Made by a program: the position numbers and the translations under genes. A model generated the notes under the pieces. That model saw only the letters and a list, made by a program, of their open reading frames with translations, was not told the DNA's origin and did no database searches. This document shows positions 59,195 through 64,000 of a DNA stretch of 64,000 bases, piece by piece. Origin of the DNA: Azotobacter chroococcum. GTDB lineage: Bacteria; Pseudomonadota; Gammaproteobacteria; Pseudomonadales; Pseudomonadaceae. The DNA is taken from assembly GCF_004339665.1 (NCBI RefSeq), contig NZ_SMMU01000012.1:13194-77193 (forward strand), written 5' to 3'. How positions within the stretch are numbered: position 1 is the stretch's first letter; the number at the start of each line of letters is the position of its first letter.

Positions 59195-59476
59195 TCATTG
59201 GCCGTACCGACGCACCAAAGATTTTACGCAAGCCTTGTATTGGGGCAGCGTGTGCGCATCGGCCACCACCATGCGATTGAGCGCGCAATCCTCCAAGGCC
59301 ATGTCCAGCGCGGCATCCACATGGCGTTGCGCGTTGTCATGGTAGAGGCTCGAGCAGGCGTACGGGACGCCGATGACACCCACGGTGAGGCCCACCTGCC
59401 GCAAGAGTCGGATCCAGCGCCGGGGATCGTCGGCCCACTCGACCAGGGCTTCGAAAAAAACCACTACCGGTTTCAA
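59195..59476 (-). CDS. hypothetical protein (93 aa; TTG start with strong GAAGGAGG RBS), in a lower-GC islet
   Basis: (M)KPVVVFFEALVEWADDPRRWIRLLRQVGLTVGVIGVPYACSSLYHDNAQRHVDAALDMALEDCALNRMVVADAHTLPQYKACVKSLVRRYGQ. Alternating beta/alpha pattern; no family recognised. A C7 (G7 on the coding strand) run at 59497-59503 separates it from an in-phase upstream ORF starting at 59591. Confidence 0.4.
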   Translation of the reverse strand: MKPVVVFFEALVEWADDPRRWIRLLRQVGLTVGVIGVPYACSSLYHDNAQRHVDAALDMALEDCALNRMVVADAHTLPQYKACVKSLVRRYGQ

Positions 59477-60258
59477 TTTCGTGCCTCCTTCGGGAACCCC
59501 CCCGAATCATCCTTAAGCTCTCGGTGGAGCTGATGATATTCAGGCAAGAAATTGGCCATCCTTGGCAGAGGGAATTCGTGGGGGACTCGCATGGCTCGTC
59601 TCCTCGTCCGACCGGTTTCAGCTGTCACGACCTGGGCGACACACCACGCGGTTCGGTCCATGCGCCTCGATTTCCCGCGCCTGCTGCCACTGCAAGTCGG
59701 CATGCCGGCGCAATGAGGCACAGCCCTGCTGCTCCCGTTCGCGCCAGCCGATAGTTCTCATGCCCGCGTCGGGCCGGTTGCCGAGCCTTGCTCTCGGCGG
59801 CGTCGGTTGGTGCGGATCCTTCAACCTGCCCGGCCCCATCGGTGCTTGATCTGCGCCCCGATGCCTGCCCCAAACGTTCTGCCCCCGGCGCACTCTGTAA
59901 GCCATTACCTACAACGGCTTGAGAATCTTGCGGATTTATTCGGGACGGCTGCCGCACTACAGTCGCCTCCGCGCTGACGGATCGACACAGGCTGGCCAGG
60001 ATGGCGGCCAGGGACTTTGCCAGCGTGCGGTTCAGCAGGGTCGGACCACAGGGAGAACCAGGCATCACGGAAACAGGGACGTCCTCGCTACTCGCCGTTT
60101 CCTATCCGATGAAGTCACCAAGCCCTCGGGCACCTGCCCGGTCTGCACGACCATCGCGTGCGGATGGAGCCAAGCCGCCGACAGAAGGAACTCAGGTCGA
60201 AAGGTTCAGCAACCTCTCGGCCTGCCATTTTCACGAAAATCGACAAACTAGAATAAAA

Positions 60259-60483
60259 ATGATGAAAGCCAGTGCCATCCCCCACTCCTCCTCCCGCCGC
60301 TTCCAGGTTCGCGATATTTCCGCCCGGTATGGCTGGCCAACCTTCGACCTCGTTTTCCACGACGCCGAGAGCAGCGTCGTGCGCTATTCGGAAGCCATAT
60401 GGGACTCGGAAGCCCAGGCTCTGGTCGAGGCAGAACGGCTCGAAGCCTCTCACGCCTGCCCCGTGCACTGGGAAGCGTCCTGA
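60259..60483 (+). CDS. hypothetical small protein (74 aa) with AT-rich, near-leaderless upstream region
   Basis: MMKASAIPHSSSRRFQVRDISARYGWPTFDLVFHDAESSVVRYSEAIWDSEAQALVEAERLEASHACPVHWEAS. TAGAAT -10-like hexamer ends 4 nt before the ATG. No Shine-Dalgarno. No recognisable family. Confidence 0.3.
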   Translation: MMKASAIPHSSSRRFQVRDISARYGWPTFDLVFHDAESSVVRYSEAIWDSEAQALVEAERLEASHACPVHWEAS

Positions 60484-60777
60484 CGGCCCGCCCGAGCCGC
60501 TCGATCGGCCAACTCCGGCGCGAAGCCCCCTACAGCGCATTGCCACCCATTACCTGTCGACCTGCCCGCCGGCACAGAGCGCGACTCCGCGCCTGAACGG
60601 CTGCGGGCGGTTGGCGCAGGCCGTCGTGGTCTATTGGACCATGGTCCATGAGAAACAGCCTGCACGCCTCCCGCACACACGGCGGCCGGCCTTGTCATAT
60701 CCGCAACCGGCTGCTGGCATGAAGAGTGCCGTATCCGCCACGGCGGTTCTTCAATCAGGGACAACGAGGAAAACAAG

Positions 60778-61779
60778 ATGCAGAGGAAAGATCTGCCGGG
60801 CTGGCTGCTGGCCGCCGGCCTGGGACTGGCCGCCCCCTTCGGCATGGCGGCGCAGGACGAGGTGACCCCGGAGCAGGTGGTCGCCGCCCTGGAGGACACC
60901 TTCGGCGTGACGCCGGGCGAACGGCGCAACCACATCAAGGGAACCTGTGCGACCGGCGAGTTCGTCGGCCTGCCCGCCGCGGCCAGCTGGTCGCGCTCGG
61001 CGCTGTTTTCCGGACAGCCCGTGCCGGTCGTCGCGCGCCTCTCGCTGCCAGGCGGCAACCCCAAGGCCCCCGACACGGCCAAGTCGCCACGCGGCATGGC
61101 CCTGGAGTTCCGCCTGCCCGGCGGCGCCCTGCAGCACATGACCATGCTCAACACCCCGGTCTTCGGTGCGGCCCATCCGAAGACCTTCCTCGACCAGATC
61201 GTCGCCCTGAAGCCCGACCCGGCCACCGGCAAACCCGACCCGGCCAAACTCGAAGCCTTCAAGGCCAGCCACCCGGACAGCCGGGCGCAGGCGCAATTTC
61301 TCGGCGAACACAACCCGCCACCGAGCTTCGCCAACAGCAGCTACTTCGGCATCCACACCTTCAAGTTCGTCGACGACACCGGCAAGGCCACCTTGGTGCG
61401 CTGGCGCTTCGTACCCGAGGACGGCGAGAAGCAGCTCTCCGACGAGGAGCTGAAGAGCCTGCCGGCCAACTTTCTCGAAGAGCGGCTGATCGAGCGCACC
61501 GCCCGAGGGCCGCTGCGCTGGAACATGCTGGTGAGCATCGGCCAGCCCGGCGACCCGGAGAACGACCCGACCCAGGCCTGGCCGGAGCACCGCGAGCAGG
61601 TGAAGGTCGGCACCCTGACCCTGACCGCGGCGATGCCACAGAAGGGCGCTGCCTGCGAGAAGATCAACTTCGACCCGCTGGTGATGGCCGAGGGTATCGC
61701 CCCGACCGATGATCCGATCCTGCGCTTCCGCTCGCCCGCCTACGCGGTGTCCTTCGCCAAGCGGCTGAGCGGGCAGTGA
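60778..61779 (+). CDS. catalase-related peroxidase (short catalase-family haem protein) with signal peptide
   Basis: 333 aa, MQRKDLPGWLLAAGLGLAAPFGMAAQ signal peptide, then ...RNHIKGTCATGEFVG...ARLSLPGGNPKAPDTAKSPRGMALEF... catalase core-like. Confidence 0.85.
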   Translation: MQRKDLPGWLLAAGLGLAAPFGMAAQDEVTPEQVVAALEDTFGVTPGERRNHIKGTCATGEFVGLPAAASWSRSALFSGQPVPVVARLSLPGGNPKAPDTAKSPRGMALEFRLPGGALQHMTMLNTPVFGAAHPKTFLDQIVALKPDPATGKPDPAKLEAFKASHPDSRAQAQFLGEHNPPPSFANSSYFGIHTFKFVDDTGKATLVRWRFVPEDGEKQLSDEELKSLPANFLEERLIERTARGPLRWNMLVSIGQPGDPENDPTQAWPEHREQVKVGTLTLTAAMPQKGAACEKINFDPLVMAEGIAPTDDPILRFRSPAYAVSFAKRLSGQ

Positions 61780-61904
61780 CAGCAGGCGAAATACTGGCCA
61801 GCCGGAGGCAGGCGAAGCGGCAGGCCCGCTGGTCGGAATGACCTTCCCACCCCGGCCAACAAAACGGAAATTCCCGCCTGAACACAGCCATTTATCTTCT
61901 GATC

Positions 61905-61930
61905 GCTGACAAGTAGCGATATTTGTCAGC
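61905..61930. promoter_or_regulatory. 8-bp-arm palindrome GCTGACAA-N10-TTGTCAGC in the long AT-richer region upstream of the giant adhesin gene; candidate regulator binding site
   Basis: Perfect inverted repeat. Lies within a ~540-bp non-coding stretch (61780-62322) of lower GC. Confidence 0.3.
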
Positions 61931-62322
61931 ATCAAAGATCGAGTGGATTTCTGCTATCGCATCGCCAGACCTTGGCTAGACTCAGCTGCAGAGTGCCAGC
62001 CTCATGATTGCACCCTGACATGCATGTGCATGGGTGCCTGCATGGCCTGGACACTGACGCGGCGGACTGTGGCAGCGGTCCGTCGCACCTAGAAACCATC
62101 ACCTCGAGACGTTGCGGAGTTTTCGCGGAAGCTGTCGCACGTATTGTCAGTCAAAGCCACACCCGCAGTGATGCGGGGCCGGAAAGCCCAGGGTCTTGCC
62201 CAAGACAGCCAGGCTGCCTCAACCGTGCGACGGGCACGTCGGTCGGTCCGTATCGATAGGACTGGAACTGCCACTTCAGTGGACGAAGTTCCCCAAACCC
62301 TCTATCGAGCAGGAGCTTGACC

Positions 62323-64000
62323 ATGGGCACCATTTTCGACGAGACCCTCACCGAAGACGTCACCATCGACGAAAGCGAGGGGCTGCAGACCAGCGGCGTC
62401 GCCACGGCCACCGAGGACAATAACGACGACGACATACTGCTGAGCTCCATCGCCACGCTGCTCGGCACCCTGGACACCCTGGGCGCCCCCGCCGCCGGCG
62501 ACGCCATCGAGGCGGCGCAGAACCGGGTGCTGACCTTCGAGGCCGATGTGGACCCGAACCTGAAGTTCACCCTGAAGAATGGCAACACCGTGGTTACCGA
62601 GGTGCTGAGCGCCTTGAGCACGACCGCCGGCGGCGACCCCATCACCCTGGTCCGGATCAACGACACCACCATTTTCGGCTATGCCGACCGGGGAGGAGCG
62701 AATGAGCGGGTCGCCTTCGCGCTGGTCCTGGAGAAGATAGCACCGACCGTCGGCGACCCCGGCGGCGCGCGAGTCACCATCGTCCAGTACGAAGCGATCG
62801 AGCATCCCGATAACGGCTCCTTCGACGAGGCCGTCGACCTCACCGGCCTGGTGTTCGTCGATGCCGTCCAGGACGTCGCCTTCGACGACTTCTCCACGGC
62901 CGCAGCCGGGCAGAACCTGTGGAACTCGGTGACAGATACCGCCACCGGCATCCAGCTGCTGTTCACCGGCTTGGATTTCGGTAGCGACACCGTCAATACC
63001 AGCGACTTTGCCATCGGCAGCAACAGCCAGTCGATCGCCATCGGCGATGGCATTGTGGTCGACTTCGTGAAGAACCAGACACCTGCGAAGGATACGGACG
63101 CCAAGACGGTCACGACGATCAATTTCACCGAACGAGTGGAGGGCCCCAGCGGCAGCTTCACCCTGGTGCAGACTGGGGGCAATGACGCGAACCGGGTAGG
63201 CGCCGAGATCTTCGCCTTCGACTCGAGCGAACTGGGCACCGACTACACCGACGGCGCCATCGGCGAGGCCTCGCCCTCTCAGACCATCGTGTCCGTCAAG
63301 GTATGGCTCGGCGACACCTTGGTCAGCGCCTGGGATCGTACCAACGGCATTACCAATAACACCGATCCGGGGGTTACTTACGCCATCAGTGACCCCAACG
63401 ATAACGATGACGGCGTGGTCATCCAGGGTCTGCTGGTGCACTATCGCGTCGAGTTCCACGTCGGCATCGTCGACGGCGACGACACTGGCAAGCTCGATCG
63501 CTTCAGCGTGCAGAACGTCAGCTCCGGCGGCCAGGCCAACGACACCTTCGACCTCGGCGACATCCGCCTCGGCGGCCAGGTGGGCGAGCAGGCCGATATC
63601 GGCAGCCATATCAACTTCGAGGACGACGGGCCGTGGCAGACCGTGACGGCCGGCACCACGACGCTGGCCATTGAGCTCGACGAGACCACCGGCGACAGCG
63701 ACCACTACGCCACCGGCGAAACCGCCGACAGCTACGTCAACGACGACAACGGCCACCTCGCCCAGGTCACCACCGCCGTCAGCGGTGGCCTGGCCGCCCT
63801 GTTCAGCTCCAGCGGCAGCTACGGCACGGACGGCGCCGGCACCCTCACCCCGTCGCTGACCCTCGTCGGCGTGCCGGCCGGCGGCCTGGCCACCAGCTTG
63901 ACCGCCACCCACGGCGGCGCCATCACCCTGTTCGCCGACAGCGCCACCCAGTTGAGCGGCAAGGACACCGATGGCCACACGGTGTTCACCATCGCCATCG
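62323..64000 (+). CDS. 5' part of a giant repetitive secreted adhesin (DUF5801-type repeats; probable T1SS/RTX-like substrate), continues beyond the window
   Basis: ATG at 62323 with GCAGGAGC RBS. The frame stays open to 64000 (>559 codons, no stop) and is not in the ORF track because it has no stop. MGTIFDETLTEDVTIDESEGLQTSG..., acidic, Thr/Gly/Asp-rich. Repeats with FEDDGP...ELDETTG...SYGTDGAG...ATHGGAITLF...GHTVFTIAI signature. The antisense ORFs 62302-63978 and 62679-63239 are shadows. Confidence 0.8.
   Translation, partial: MGTIFDETLTEDVTIDESEGLQTSGVATATEDNNDDDILLSSIATLLGTLDTLGAPAAGDAIEAAQNRVLTFEADVDPNLKFTLKNGNTVVTEVLSALSTTAGGDPITLVRINDTTIFGYADRGGANERVAFALVLEKIAPTVGDPGGARVTIVQYEAIEHPDNGSFDEAVDLTGLVFVDAVQDVAFDDFSTAAAGQNLWNSVTDTATGIQLLFTGLDFGSDTVNTSDFAIGSNSQSIAIGDGIVVDFVKNQTPAKDTDAKTVTTINFTERVEGPSGSFTLVQTGGNDANRVGAEIFAFDSSELGTDYTDGAIGEASPSQTIVSVKVWLGDTLVSAWDRTNGITNNTDPGVTYAISDPNDNDDGVVIQGLLVHYRVEFHVGIVDGDDTGKLDRFSVQNVSSGGQANDTFDLGDIRLGGQVGEQADIGSHINFEDDGPWQTVTAGTTTLAIELDETTGDSDHYATGETADSYVNDDNGHLAQVTTAVSGGLAALFSSSGSYGTDGAGTLTPSLTLVGVPAGGLATSLTATHGGAITLFADSATQLSGKDTDGHTVFTIAI

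Overview
High-GC (~65-70%) Pseudomonadaceae chromosomal segment, almost all core genome. Gene order closely follows the P. aeruginosa PA5213-PA5296 region: gcvTHP, an Fe3+ ABC importer (binding protein and permease only), ubiI-ubiH-pepP-ygfB, a coiled-coil gene, zapA, the 6S RNA gene ssrS, ygfA, EVE, fre-like, ubiD, rho, trxA, ppx/ppk, hemB, elbB, a cytochrome c/FTR1 iron permease, LysE, TerC, an ABC-F ATPase, algP, algQ, dsbB, hemYXDC, algR, argH, corA, cyaY, lppL, lysA, dapF, DUF484, xerC, HAD, CPBP, sutA-like, yjbQ, amtB-glnK, ubiK, comM/yifB, nfeD-SPFH, LysR, DoxX, pirin, rep, a catalase-related peroxidase, and the 5' end of a giant DUF5801-repeat adhesin gene that runs off the window. Coding density is very high. 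Most long antisense or alternative-frame ORFs in the track are high-GC artefacts. Departures from the conserved layout are: (i) algR has no algZ/fimS sensor gene and sits directly divergent from argH; (ii) nfeD is frameshifted upstream of an SPFH/stomatin gene; (iii) a lower-GC ~1.7 kb islet between rep and the catalase gene carries unassignable small ORFs, a C7/G7 homopolymer that splits a possible ~132-aa ORF, and 9-bp flanking direct repeats; (iv) a ~540-bp leader with a palindrome precedes the giant adhesin gene; (v) several long inverted repeats and terminators, including a 27-bp-stem hairpin between comM and SPFH. The 6S RNA gene was identified by strong similarity to E. coli SsrS. I found no CRISPR array, tRNA, transposase or recognisable defence or toxin system. 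No clearly novel multi-gene system is visible; the best candidates for follow-up are the post-rep islet and the truncated adhesin locus.
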